Shown one piece after another: positions 45,350 through 54,422 of a stretch of 64,000 nt of DNA (the first letter of the stretch is position 1; the number at the start of each line of letters is the position of its first letter). The stretch is taken from NCBI GenBank assembly GCA_001303785.1, contig LJUJ01000009.1:43569-107568 (forward strand). Direction: 5' to 3'. Both the position numbers and the translations under genes were made by a program. The DNA is from a candidate division WOR_3 bacterium SM23_42. GTDB taxonomy: Bacteria; Hydrothermota; Tepidihabitantia; SM23-42. The notes under the pieces were generated by a model. The model ran no database searches. It saw nothing but the letters and a program-made list of their open reading frames with translations, and was not told the origin of the DNA.

Positions 45350-46957
45350 ATGTACAAAATAGAATCAAAGATAAAAACAAATAGCCGCGAGTTTAGGGAA
45401 AACAAGGCAGTGATGGAAAAGGCCGTAAGCACTCTGAAGGACCGTTTGAAGCAGGTGAGGAAAGGCGGCCCTGAGTATATGCATAAGAAACATGCAGAGC
45501 GAGGTAAGTTGTTCGTCCGTGAGAGACTGGAGCGACTCTTTGACCCTGATACACCATTCATGGAGCTAAATCAATTGGCTGCTTGGGACATGTATGATAA
45601 TGGTCATCCTGCTGCGGCGATGGTTACGGGCATTGGTCTCGTCCATAACCGTGAGGTAATGGTTGTCGCTCATGATGCTACGGTAAAGGGTGGCACTTAT
45701 ATACCTGAAACGATTAAGAAGCATATTCGAGCTCAAGAGATTGCAATCGAAAACAGGTTACCGTGTATATATTTGGTTGATTCGGGTGGCATTTTCTTAC
45801 CGCTGCAGGTGGGTACTTTCCCTGACAAGTATCACTTCGGCAGAATCTTTTTCAACCAGGCTCGCATGTCTGCAGATAATATACCTCAGATATCTGTAGT
45901 ACTTGGCTTTTGCACGGCTGGCGGTGCCTACCAACCTGCGATGAGCGATGAAGTGGTCATCGTGAAGGGTGCGGGTACCATCTATATAGGTGGACCCCCT
46001 TTGGTTAAGGCCGCGACTGGTGAGGTCGTGACAGAAGAAGATTTGGGTGGCGCGGATGTTCACTGTCGGATTAGCGGCGTGGCGGACCACTATGCAATGA
46101 ATGATGAACATGCCCTGGAGATGACGAGGAATATTGTTGAGAACGTATCGAGGATAAACAAGTACCCACTGGAACGCGTGCAGACCGTGGAACCAGCATA
46201 TGACCCAAGTGAGCTTTATGGTATCATCCCGGCTGATCTTAGAAAACCGTTTGATGTGCGCGAGGTCATCGCCCGTATCGTTGACGGTAGTGAGTTTCAT
46301 GAATTCAAAGCGCTCTATGGTCCCACTCTGGTATGCGGTTTTGCTCGCGTGATGGGTTACCCGGTGGGAATTTTGGCTAACAATGGAGTATTATTCTCTG
46401 AGTCATCGCAAAAGGGTTCCCATTTTGTATCCATGTGCGCGGTACGCAGGATTCCAATTCTCTTCCTGCAGAACATCACTGGGTTCATTGTTGGTAAGCG
46501 GTACGAACACGGGGGAATAGCAAAGGATGGCGCCAAGTTGATTCATGCGGTAGCCAATGCGCAGGTGCCGAAATTTACTATTATCATCGGTAATTCCTAC
46601 GGCGCGGGCAACTATGGTATGTGTGGGCGTGCCTATGATCCGCGTCTGTTATGGATGTGGCCAACGGCGAAGATCTGTGTGATGGGTGGCGAACAGGCCG
46701 CAGGTGTGTTGACCGACATCAAAGTGAGGGCTTTGACCAAACAGGGGAAGAAGCTAACCAAAGACAAGATAGAAGAGATTAGAAAGCCGATACTGGCGAA
46801 GTATGAGTATGAGTCGAGCGCCTATTACTCTACGGCAAGGCTCTGGGACGATGGTATAATAGATCCATCGGACACGAGAGAAATATTGGGTCTCGCCATT
46901 TCCATGTCCTTGAATGCACCGATACCCGAACATAAGTTCGGCGTGTTCAGGATGTAG
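45350..46957 (+). CDS. 3-Methylcrotonyl-CoA carboxylase beta (carboxyltransferase) subunit
   Basis: 535 aa with [62 protein letters not shown]. The length and motifs match the MCC-beta type more than the PCC-beta type. Confidence 0.8.
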   Translation: MYKIESKIKTNSREFRENKAVMEKAVSTLKDRLKQVRKGGPEYMHKKHAERGKLFVRERLERLFDPDTPFMELNQLAAWDMYDNGHPAAAMVTGIGLVHNREVMVVAHDATVKGGTYIPETIKKHIRAQEIAIENRLPCIYLVDSGGIFLPLQVGTFPDKYHFGRIFFNQARMSADNIPQISVVLGFCTAGGAYQPAMSDEVVIVKGAGTIYIGGPPLVKAATGEVVTEEDLGGADVHCRISGVADHYAMNDEHALEMTRNIVENVSRINKYPLERVQTVEPAYDPSELYGIIPADLRKPFDVREVIARIVDGSEFHEFKALYGPTLVCGFARVMGYPVGILANNGVLFSESSQKGSHFVSMCAVRRIPILFLQNITGFIVGKRYEHGGIAKDGAKLIHAVANAQVPKFTIIIGNSYGAGNYGMCGRAYDPRLLWMWPTAKICVMGGEQAAGVLTDIKVRALTKQGKKLTKDKIEEIRKPILAKYEYESSAYYSTARLWDDGIIDPSDTREILGLAISMSLNAPIPEHKFGVFRM

Positions 46958-46965
46958 TCGATCGC

Positions 46966-47094
46966 AAATCCGAAGCACTAAATCCGAAATTCGAAACAAT
47001 ACCTAATGACCGAAATCCAAAATTCTAAACTGTTTTGAAAATTGGGATTTGGAATTTGTTTCGGATTTCGATATTAGGATTTCGTATTTAGAAT
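46966..47094 (+). repeat. Intergenic palindromic element, copy D
   Basis: AAATCCGAAGCACTAAATCCGAAATTCGAAACAATACCTAATGACCGAAATCC...TGTTTTGAAAATTGGGATTTGGAATTTGTTTCGGATTTCGATATTAGGATTTCGTATTTAGAAT. Confidence 0.85.
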
Positions 47095-47106
47095 GAAGGG
47101 GGTTTG

Positions 47107-47436
47107 ATGGCAAAGATAAGCTTGAAAAAACTGGTCAGGGAAATTAAGGAACCGTGGCAGCCAAGGGACATATTACATGTTCATCAAACCGCGCTTAGAA
47201 TAGCCAAACTTGATGGAGCTTATGGTTGGCATGTGCATTTGCACGAGGATGAGTTCTTCTTGGTGTTGAAAGGTAGGATATATATCGATACTGAAGAAGA
47301 CTCGATCGAGCTTAAAGAATACGAAGGATATCTTGTGAAACGCGGGATCAGACATCGTTCGCGAACCAAGAAACCTGCTTGGGTGATGCTCGTTGAGCCG
47401 GTTATAACTAAGACAAAGGGTGAGCGTACTGATTGA
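47107..47436 (+). CDS. Cupin domain protein (paralog of 16384..16710)
   Basis: About 109 aa with WHVHLHEDEFF...GYLVKRGIRHRS. Aligns along its length with the cupin next to glnS. Confidence 0.7.
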   Translation: MAKISLKKLVREIKEPWQPRDILHVHQTALRIAKLDGAYGWHVHLHEDEFFLVLKGRIYIDTEEDSIELKEYEGYLVKRGIRHRSRTKKPAWVMLVEPVITKTKGERTD

Positions 47437-47473
47437 TTAGCGAGTTTACATAAGAGTTAAGGGGGTGTTTCCC

Positions 47474-48265
47474 ATGCGAGAAGCGAAGTATCAAACAATT
47501 GTTTATGAACTTCAAGATGACATCGCACGCGTGACTTTCGATCGCCCTGATGTCCATAATGCCTTTAATGACATAATGATCAGCGAATTGATTGACGTAT
47601 TCGATGAAATAGACAAGCGTTCAGAAGCACGCGTGGTGGTGGTGACTGGTAGGGGTAAGTCTTTTTGTGCCGGCGCCGACCTGAATTGGATGCGTCGAGT
47701 CAAGGATTATTCATATGAAGATAACCTCCGCGAATCACTAGAGCTCTCAGACATGCTCTATAAGATATACGCCTCTTCGAAACCGACGATCGCCCGAGTG
47801 AACGGAGCAGCAATAGGAGGTGGGACCGGACTCGTTGCGGTTTGTGATATTGCAATTGCAGCTGACAGCGCGAAGTTTAGTTTCAGTGAAGTGAAGATCG
47901 GACTCATCCCCGCTTGTATTTCGCCGTATGTCGTCAAGAAGTGTGGCGAGGGACAATGTCGGGAGTTTTTTCTGACCGGTGAAAGGCTGACGGCAGATAA
48001 AGCACAAAGGGCTGGCCTCGTTAACAAAGTAGTGGCGTTAGATGAGCTTGATGATACTGTCGATCAGTTTGTCAATCAGTTAAAATCCAGCGGGCCTGAA
48101 GCAGTCACAAGATGCAAAGAACTGTTGAGAAATGTGCCACACATGTCCTATGATGATGTTAAGAAATATACGGCAGAAGTGATTGCTCAAATACGCATGT
48201 CAGATGAGGGGCAGGAAGGGATGCTCGCGTTTCTTGAAAAACGGAAACCGAAGTGGAACGAATAG
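47474..48265 (+). CDS. Enoyl-CoA hydratase/isomerase family; likely methylglutaconyl-CoA hydratase by context
   Basis: ATG at 47474 follows AAGGGGG. Crotonase motifs VVVVTGRGKSFCAGADL and NGAAIGGG. Located between the MCC beta and MCC biotin carboxylase genes. Confidence 0.75.
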   Translation: MREAKYQTIVYELQDDIARVTFDRPDVHNAFNDIMISELIDVFDEIDKRSEARVVVVTGRGKSFCAGADLNWMRRVKDYSYEDNLRESLELSDMLYKIYASSKPTIARVNGAAIGGGTGLVAVCDIAIAADSAKFSFSEVKIGLIPACISPYVVKKCGEGQCREFFLTGERLTADKAQRAGLVNKVVALDELDDTVDQFVNQLKSSGPEAVTRCKELLRNVPHMSYDDVKKYTAEVIAQIRMSDEGQEGMLAFLEKRKPKWNE

Positions 48266-48303
48266 CATGCGGTATCGCTATGCTCGCAGGAAACGCGCCG
48301 TGA

Positions 48304-48435
48304 AAATCCTAAGCACGAAATCCGAAATACTAAACAATCTCAAATACCAAAATACCAAATTCAAAACAGGTTTTGGAGTTTTGAACATTAGAATTTTGGA
48401 TTTGTTTCGGATTTCGAAATTCGGATTTCGAATTT
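48304..48435 (+). repeat. Intergenic palindromic element, copy E (long-apex subtype)
   Basis: AAATCCTAAGCACGAAATCCGAAATACTAAACAATCTCAAATACCAAAATACCAAATTCAAAACAGGTTTTGGAGTTTTGAACATTAGAATTTTGGATTTGTTTCGGATTTCGAAATTCGGATTTCGAATTT. Confidence 0.85.
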
Positions 48436-48439
48436 AAAA

Positions 48440-49942
48440 ATGATGTTCAAAAAGATTTTAATCGCTAATAGAGGTGAAATAGCCATCCGCATTGCCAGGG
48501 CATGCAGGGAACTTGGCATACGAGCGGTCGGGGTATACTCAACAGTCGACGAGAATGCCCATCATCTTCGATACATGGATGATACCCACTGGATAGGTGA
48601 TTCGCCACCCCAGGCAAGCTATTTGAATATTTCAAACGTTATCGATGTCGCTGGGCGAGCCGGTGCTCAAGCAATTCATCCGGGCTATGGGTTTCTGGCG
48701 GAAAATTCAGATTTTGCTAAGGCATGTGAGGAGAGTGGTCTTGTATTCATAGGTCCTAGTTCGAATGCATTGGCTCTGGTTGGTGACAAAGTAGCATCGC
48801 GCAATACGGTTCAGAAAGTTGGTGTGCCGATAATACCCGGTATGCGAACCGTTGGTAAAGATTCAAGCGGCTTTAAGAAAATGGCCAAGAAAGTCGGATA
48901 CCCGGTCATTGTGAAGGCATCTATGGGTGGTGGTGGTAAGGGCATGCGTATCGTTCGCACCGAAAAGGAATTGGAAGCGAGTATTGCCGCCGGACAAAGG
49001 GAAGCCAAGAGTGCATTCGGGGATGCATCGGTTTACTTGGAGAAATACATAGAAAAACCACGTCACATAGAATTTCAGGTGCTCAGGGATCACCACGGCA
49101 ATGTGGCTCATCTTTTCGAACGCGAATGTTCGATTCAGCGTCGTCATCAGAAGATAATTGAAGAGACTCCTTCCGCGGCGCTCGACGATGAGCTACGCAT
49201 GAATATGGGCGAGGCTGCAAAAAAGGTCATTGAGATTGCCGAGTACACCAATGCCGGTACGGTGGAGTTCCTCCTCGATGAAAACCGTAACTTTTACTTT
49301 CTCGAGGTTAATGCGCGAGTGCAAGTTGAACATCCAATCACCGAGATGGTGACTGGAGTCGACTTAGTTCGACAGCAAATACGTATTGCCGCTGGTGACA
49401 AAATTAATTTGAGTCAAGCAAGTATCAAACAGCGCGGTCATGCAATTGAGGCAAGAATCTACGCCGAGGACCCAGAGAACAACTTCCTGCCATGCCCGGG
49501 TAGGATTCTGTACCTGAATGAACCGAGTGGTCCTGGTATTAGGGTTGATTCTGGTATATATCAGGGTTGGGATGTGCCACCGCATTATGATCCCATTCTA
49601 TCCAAATTGATAGTCTGGGCAGAGAATAGGGATGTTGCGATAGAGCGAATGTCCAATGCACTGAAAGACTACATCGTCTTGGGTATAAAAAACAATCTCG
49701 GCTACTTGAAACGTATTATGGGTACGTCGAAATTCACCAAAGGGGATTATGACACGCATTTCATTGATGAAAACGAAGAGGAGCTGAGTATACCTAAAGA
49801 AAACATCCATGTGGTTCTGGTTGCAGCAGCGTTGCTTGCTGCAGAAAAGAAAGGCGTATCAGTGGAATCGGGTGGCACTCAGGTACGGCGTGACACCACA
49901 CCATGGCAAGAACTTGGGCATTGGGAGATATGCGAAGATTGA
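48440..49942 (+). CDS. Biotin carboxylase subunit (stand-alone), MCC-alpha-like
   Basis: 500 aa, paralog of 34344..35843, with KILIANRGEIAIR, GYGFLAEN, KASMGGGGKGMR, ERECSIQRRHQKIIEE, NARVQVEHPITE. Confidence 0.9.
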   Translation: MMFKKILIANRGEIAIRIARACRELGIRAVGVYSTVDENAHHLRYMDDTHWIGDSPPQASYLNISNVIDVAGRAGAQAIHPGYGFLAENSDFAKACEESGLVFIGPSSNALALVGDKVASRNTVQKVGVPIIPGMRTVGKDSSGFKKMAKKVGYPVIVKASMGGGGKGMRIVRTEKELEASIAAGQREAKSAFGDASVYLEKYIEKPRHIEFQVLRDHHGNVAHLFERECSIQRRHQKIIEETPSAALDDELRMNMGEAAKKVIEIAEYTNAGTVEFLLDENRNFYFLEVNARVQVEHPITEMVTGVDLVRQQIRIAAGDKINLSQASIKQRGHAIEARIYAEDPENNFLPCPGRILYLNEPSGPGIRVDSGIYQGWDVPPHYDPILSKLIVWAENRDVAIERMSNALKDYIVLGIKNNLGYLKRIMGTSKFTKGDYDTHFIDENEEELSIPKENIHVVLVAAALLAAEKKGVSVESGGTQVRRDTTPWQELGHWEICED

Positions 49943-49990
49943 TGCGGTTGTTGTGGATAATTATCATTCGCCTCAGCAGGTAGGCATAAA

Positions 49991-50497
49991 ATGGAAAACC
50001 GTTTGCGACATCTAAACGAAATACACTTGATCAAACTGGCTAAAGAAAAGGACGGGTACAAGGCAATAATCGGTGATGCTGAGTATAAAGTAAGCGATCT
50101 TTTCGTAAAGGAAAACTTGATTTGCTTTAGGATTGACGGTGAGCTGCGTGTGATATATCATGCTCAGGATAGCGGAACAAGATATATGGCACTTGCTGGA
50201 GAACACTATGTAGTCGAAACAGTTAAGGCTCGGGAATCTGGTGCGAAGAGTACTGTCCCGCAAGAGGAAAACAGCGTTACATCACAAATGCCCGGACTGT
50301 TGGTCAAATTACCAGTTGCCGTGGGTGATAAGGTCAAGGCGGGTGAGACACTTGCGATCGTGGAGGCAATGAAGATGCAGAATGAACTGCGCGCACCCCG
50401 CGACGGTACAGTCGAGAAAATCAACTTTCAGGAAGGTGAACAGGTAGATGCTCTGCAAGCCATAGTTGAACTCGCTGACCTACATGAAAAGCAGTGA
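49991..50497 (+). CDS. Biotin carboxyl carrier protein (biotinyl domain)
   Basis: 168 aa with biotinylation motif IVEAMKMQNEL. Paralog of 35845..36336. Confidence 0.85.
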   Translation: MENRLRHLNEIHLIKLAKEKDGYKAIIGDAEYKVSDLFVKENLICFRIDGELRVIYHAQDSGTRYMALAGEHYVVETVKARESGAKSTVPQEENSVTSQMPGLLVKLPVAVGDKVKAGETLAIVEAMKMQNELRAPRDGTVEKINFQEGEQVDALQAIVELADLHEKQ

Positions 50498-50532
50498 ACG
50501 CGGATTCTCTCAGCTCGTCGTCGAAGTCGGTG

Positions 50533-50665
50533 AAACGCGAAGCACTAAATTCGAAATACTAAACAATATCAAATACTAAATCACAAATTTCAAAACAGGT
50601 TTTGGAGGTTCCAACATTAGAATTTTGAGTTTGTTTCGTAATCTCGGTATTCGTATTTAGGATTT
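50533..50665 (+). repeat. Intergenic palindromic element, copy F (long-apex subtype, more diverged)
   Basis: AAACGCGAAGCACTAAATTCGAAATACTAAACAATATCAAATACTAAATCAC...AAAACAGGTTTTGGAGGTTCCAACATTAGAATTTTGAGTTTGTTTCGTAATCTCGGTATTCGTATTTAGGATTT. Confidence 0.8.
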
Positions 50666-50672
50666 GAAAGGT

Positions 50673-51494
50673 ATGCATTTCTTAGCAATCGTGGCATCGG
50701 AGCGACGCAACGGCAATAGCGACCTCCTGGGCCGTCTTGCTATTCGCTATGCTTTGAAGGTTGGCGCGGACTCCGGGGAGATGATATACCTGAAGGACTA
50801 CGACATAAAGCAATGTCGCGGTTGTCTCAACTGCATCAGTAAGCAACAGAAATGCCGGCTTGACGATGACCTGTATGAATTGCTCGACGTCATGAAAGAT
50901 GCGGACAAAATGCTCCTGATTGCGCCGGTCTATGTTCTTACGATACCGGGTAAGTTGAAAATGCTCCTAGACCGTTACCTGGCAATATCAAAGTATCTGA
51001 GCATCCAGGATGCAGGGCATGCGACGAGTATTGGAGTTGCCGCTCTTCCTGAATGGCATCAATTCCAATTGCCGCTTATGAACATTGTTCTTTTATCTCT
51101 TGGTAGGCGTGTCGTTGAGAGTTTTATCGTGTACGGCGCTGGGCCGGGTGAGGTCTTGCTCAATGACAGCGTAGCAAATGTGCAAGCGGCGGTGGACCGA
51201 TTGGTCAGTTATCAGGACGAACGCTATGAGTCGGTCGTGACTAGGAGCTGTCCGATTGACTTCAGTAATATTTTCGAACACGTGAAAGGGAACCAATATC
51301 GTTGCCCGGTCTGTTTGACGCCGGCAAGATTGACAGAGGGCGGATTTTACTTCGATGCTTCTGATCTCAACAGCCACCGTTGGACGCAACAAAAGCTTGC
51401 AGATCATTTCAATAATTGGATTTTGCAAACGAGGCCGCGCTTCAAATCTATGTTGAAGGAAATAGTGAAGAAAAAGAGAGAAATGGGTTTTTGA
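50673..51494 (+). CDS. Flavodoxin-like fold NAD(P)H-dependent FMN reductase / iron-sulfur flavoprotein-like protein
   Basis: ATG at 50673. N-terminus LAIVASERRNGNSDLL...CRGCLNC...LLIAPVY is typical of the family. C-terminal extension has a CPVC motif. Confidence 0.6.
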   Translation: MHFLAIVASERRNGNSDLLGRLAIRYALKVGADSGEMIYLKDYDIKQCRGCLNCISKQQKCRLDDDLYELLDVMKDADKMLLIAPVYVLTIPGKLKMLLDRYLAISKYLSIQDAGHATSIGVAALPEWHQFQLPLMNIVLLSLGRRVVESFIVYGAGPGEVLLNDSVANVQAAVDRLVSYQDERYESVVTRSCPIDFSNIFEHVKGNQYRCPVCLTPARLTEGGFYFDASDLNSHRWTQQKLADHFNNWILQTRPRFKSMLKEIVKKKREMGF

Positions 51495-51509
51495 TAGGGA
51501 GTGTACCGA

Positions 51510-51968
51510 ATGGATAGAATACTACACGAGAAATTGAGGTGCGATATACAGCAGAAGATGAATTCAAATTTGGATACACAGGAGAAACTGAGTGTGGTCT
51601 GTAGATTGGTTAGAGAACATGTACCAAAGTACGACTGGGTTGGGTTTTATATAGTATCTTCGAATAAAGAACTCATCCTTGGCTCTTATGCAGGTGAGCC
51701 AACGGAACACACACATATTCGCTTCGGCCAAGGCATTTGTGGGCAAGCAGCTGAGCAGAAGAAAACATTAGTTGTGCAGGATGTCAAAAAGGAGACAAAT
51801 TATCTCTCTTGTAGCCCCAAAGTACAATCGGAGATAGTCGTGCCGATATTTAGGAACGGCGAAATTATTGGTGAACTAGATATCGACTCTCATCGGCTCG
51901 CGGCATTTGATGAGAGCGACCGCGCATTTCTTGAGGATATTTGCGACGTGGTGTCGCGTCTTTTGTAG
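51510..51968 (+). CDS. GAF-domain protein (free methionine-(R)-sulfoxide reductase-like)
   Basis: ATG at 51510 follows AGGGAG. WVGFYIV...GQGICGQAA...LSCSPKVQSEIVVPI...GELDIDS matches stand-alone GAF/fRMsr-like proteins. Confidence 0.65.
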   Translation: MDRILHEKLRCDIQQKMNSNLDTQEKLSVVCRLVREHVPKYDWVGFYIVSSNKELILGSYAGEPTEHTHIRFGQGICGQAAEQKKTLVVQDVKKETNYLSCSPKVQSEIVVPIFRNGEIIGELDIDSHRLAAFDESDRAFLEDICDVVSRLL

Positions 51969-52137
51969 GAGCGGTAACAGCAAATAGTGGAAACAAGCCA
52001 GGCGAATTTGAATTTTGTGTGTACGCGGGGAAAGATGTGGCAACTCGTTGAAGAACGTGATATGTTTTGCGTGTCTAATTGTGCTTGTCGGGAAGAAAAG
52101 ACTGGTTCTGAATGCAAAATTCATGAAAGGAGGCGAC

Positions 52138-52914
52138 ATGCCTTATGAGTACATACTTGTTGACAAAGCTGATAAAATAGGGTTTGTGAAAATCAATCGC
52201 CCTGATGTGTATAATGCAGTCAGTGTTGAGGCAATGCTAGAGTTGGAAAAGGCCGTGCAGGATTTCAATAATGATCGTGAAGTTTCGGTCGTCGTTATCA
52301 CCGGCGAGGGGAAATCTTTTGTGTCTGGTTCAGATATTTCAAGACTAGTAGAGATGGATTCACTGACAGCCCGTGAATACAGCCAAATCGGACAGAGGGT
52401 TTTAGCGTTCATCGAAAACATGGAGAAGCCAGTAATTGCTGCGGTTAACGGTTTTGCCCTTGGTTCGGGATGCGAGCTGGCAATGGCATGCGATATTAGA
52501 GTTGCTTCCGAGAAAGCAAAGTTCGGGCAGCCTGAGGTGAAACTTGGTCTGATACCGGGACATGCTGGTACCCAAAGGTTAGCCAGGATTGTAGGCATCG
52601 CTAAGGCGAAGGAGCTAATCTTCACCGGCGAGATGATCGATGCCCAGGAAGCCTTGCGTTTGGGATTGGTGAACAAAGTCGTAGCACCCGATGTACTTCT
52701 TGAAGAAGTGAAAAGTATTGCGAGAAAGATAATAGAAGTTGGCCCGACCGCCGTGCGCATTGCGAAGACAGTCATTAATCGCGGGATTGATGCCAATCTA
52801 ACCACGGCAAATTCTTATGAAACAGAAGCTTTCAGTATACTCTTCTCAACTGAGGAGGCTAAGGAAGGAATGACCGCGTTTCTCGAGAAGAGAAAACCAA
52901 ACTGGAACAAATAA
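52138..52914 (+). CDS. Enoyl-CoA hydratase (crotonase)
   Basis: ATG at 52138 follows AAAGGAGG (the ORF-track start 52015 is an upstream extension). VVITGEGKSFVSGSDI, NGFALGSGCELAMACD, FGQPEVKLGLIPG. Confidence 0.88.
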   Translation: MPYEYILVDKADKIGFVKINRPDVYNAVSVEAMLELEKAVQDFNNDREVSVVVITGEGKSFVSGSDISRLVEMDSLTAREYSQIGQRVLAFIENMEKPVIAAVNGFALGSGCELAMACDIRVASEKAKFGQPEVKLGLIPGHAGTQRLARIVGIAKAKELIFTGEMIDAQEALRLGLVNKVVAPDVLLEEVKSIARKIIEVGPTAVRIAKTVINRGIDANLTTANSYETEAFSILFSTEEAKEGMTAFLEKRKPNWNK

Positions 52915-53062
52915 ATCCGAAATACAAATAGTAAGTATCTTACTAGCGTTGGGGTTGGGATGCTGGAACTACTGAGAACGAAGAAATTCATTTTTCTGTT
53001 TTTGTTTGGGACATTAGGATTTGGAATTTGTTTAATATTTCGATATTCGGATTTCGAATTTT
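52913..53062 (+). repeat. Intergenic palindromic element, copy G (left arm disrupted by ~80 nt of unrelated sequence)
   Basis: It starts AAATCCGAAATACAAATA inside the TAA stop. The right arm ACATTAGGATTTGGAATTTGTTTAATATTTCGATATTCGGATTTCGAATTTT is intact. The interior (52931-53010) is unrelated to the other copies. Confidence 0.7.
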
Positions 53063-53081
53063 CCGCTAGGAAGGAGGTTTG

Positions 53082-54419
53082 ATGAACTTGGATGAGAGAC
53101 TCCAGGATGTGACTGTTATAGGTGCTGCAGGGAAGATGGGCAGTGGTATCGGTGTATTGATTGCCCAAGAGATGGCGAAGCTGAAGCTGAAGCCCGAAAA
53201 CAAAGACAAGGTTTATCGATTGAATTTGATTGACGTGAGCGAGCAGGCATTGGATGGCCTGAGGGCGTATATGAAGGCACAGCTCCTCAAGGTAGCAGAG
53301 AAATCAACTGTTCTGCTCCGTAGTCTTTACGAAGATCGGAAGGATCTCGTTGAGAATAGTGAAATAATAAATGCCTTCGTCGATGATTCAACGCGCGTTC
53401 TGAACTTCGGGACGGATCTGGCCATGGCTAAGAACAGCCATCTTGTGTTTGAGGCTATCTTTGAAAATGAGAAAGTGAAAACAAAAATCTACAGGCGACT
53501 GAATAAGATGTGCGGTGCGGATGCATTTTACCTCACGAATACTTCAAGTATCCCGATCGGCCATCTGGATGAAAAGGCCGGTCTTGGTGGTCGGCTCATA
53601 GGCTATCACTTCTATAATCCACCCGTTGTCCAGAAATTGGTGGAAGTCATTACCGCTAAGAACACAATCGATGAGTTGAAAGAGATAGCCAAGGAGCTTG
53701 GTAATCGGTTGCGCAAGACGTTGGTGCCGGCAAGCGATATTTCGGGTTTCATTGGTAACGGCCACTTCATGCGTGACGGACTACACGCAATCAGCGAGGT
53801 TGATCGGCTCAAGAGCAGGTTCCGATATGTAGGTGCGGTTTATGTGATGAATCGAATTTCCCAGGATTTTCTAGCACGGCCGATGGGGATATTCCAGCTC
53901 ATCGACTATGTGGGTATCGATGTATTTCAATGCATATTGAAGGTGATGCGAACTCATCTTGGTGATAAGGCATTGAGGAGCAGATTGATCGACAAGATGG
54001 TTAAGGAAAAAGTGCTGGGTGGTCAATATGCTGATGGTTCACAGAAAGATGGTTTTCTGAAGTACGAGAAGAATCGGCCGGTTGGCATATATGATATCAG
54101 AAAGCACGAATACCAACCCGTTACAGAAGACTGGAAAAAGAGAGTTGACGCGAAAATAGGATCTTTGCCTGAGGGCTTCGTATCCTGGCGGGCCCTACTC
54201 ATGGATAGTAAGAAGGATGAGAAACTGAAAGCGCATTTTACACAACTAAAGGAGATGGATACGCTCGGTGCTGAACTTGCAATGGACTATTTGAAGCAGA
54301 CCGGAGCAATTGCTCAAGACTTGATAAGTCAAGGTGTGGCGAAGACGAAGGATGATGTAAACGCAGTGCTCAAGAACGGATTTTTCTGGCTATATGGACC
54401 GATTAATGACTACCTCTAA
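53082..54419 (+). CDS. 3-Hydroxyacyl-CoA dehydrogenase (long form)
   Basis: ATG at 53082 follows GGAAGGAGG. NAD-binding VTVIGAAGKMGSGIG. The HADH core segment YHFYNPPVVQKLVEV follows. About 445 aa. Confidence 0.8.
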   Translation: MNLDERLQDVTVIGAAGKMGSGIGVLIAQEMAKLKLKPENKDKVYRLNLIDVSEQALDGLRAYMKAQLLKVAEKSTVLLRSLYEDRKDLVENSEIINAFVDDSTRVLNFGTDLAMAKNSHLVFEAIFENEKVKTKIYRRLNKMCGADAFYLTNTSSIPIGHLDEKAGLGGRLIGYHFYNPPVVQKLVEVITAKNTIDELKEIAKELGNRLRKTLVPASDISGFIGNGHFMRDGLHAISEVDRLKSRFRYVGAVYVMNRISQDFLARPMGIFQLIDYVGIDVFQCILKVMRTHLGDKALRSRLIDKMVKEKVLGGQYADGSQKDGFLKYEKNRPVGIYDIRKHEYQPVTEDWKKRVDAKIGSLPEGFVSWRALLMDSKKDEKLKAHFTQLKEMDTLGAELAMDYLKQTGAIAQDLISQGVAKTKDDVNAVLKNGFFWLYGPINDYL

Positions 54420-54422
54420 GGC

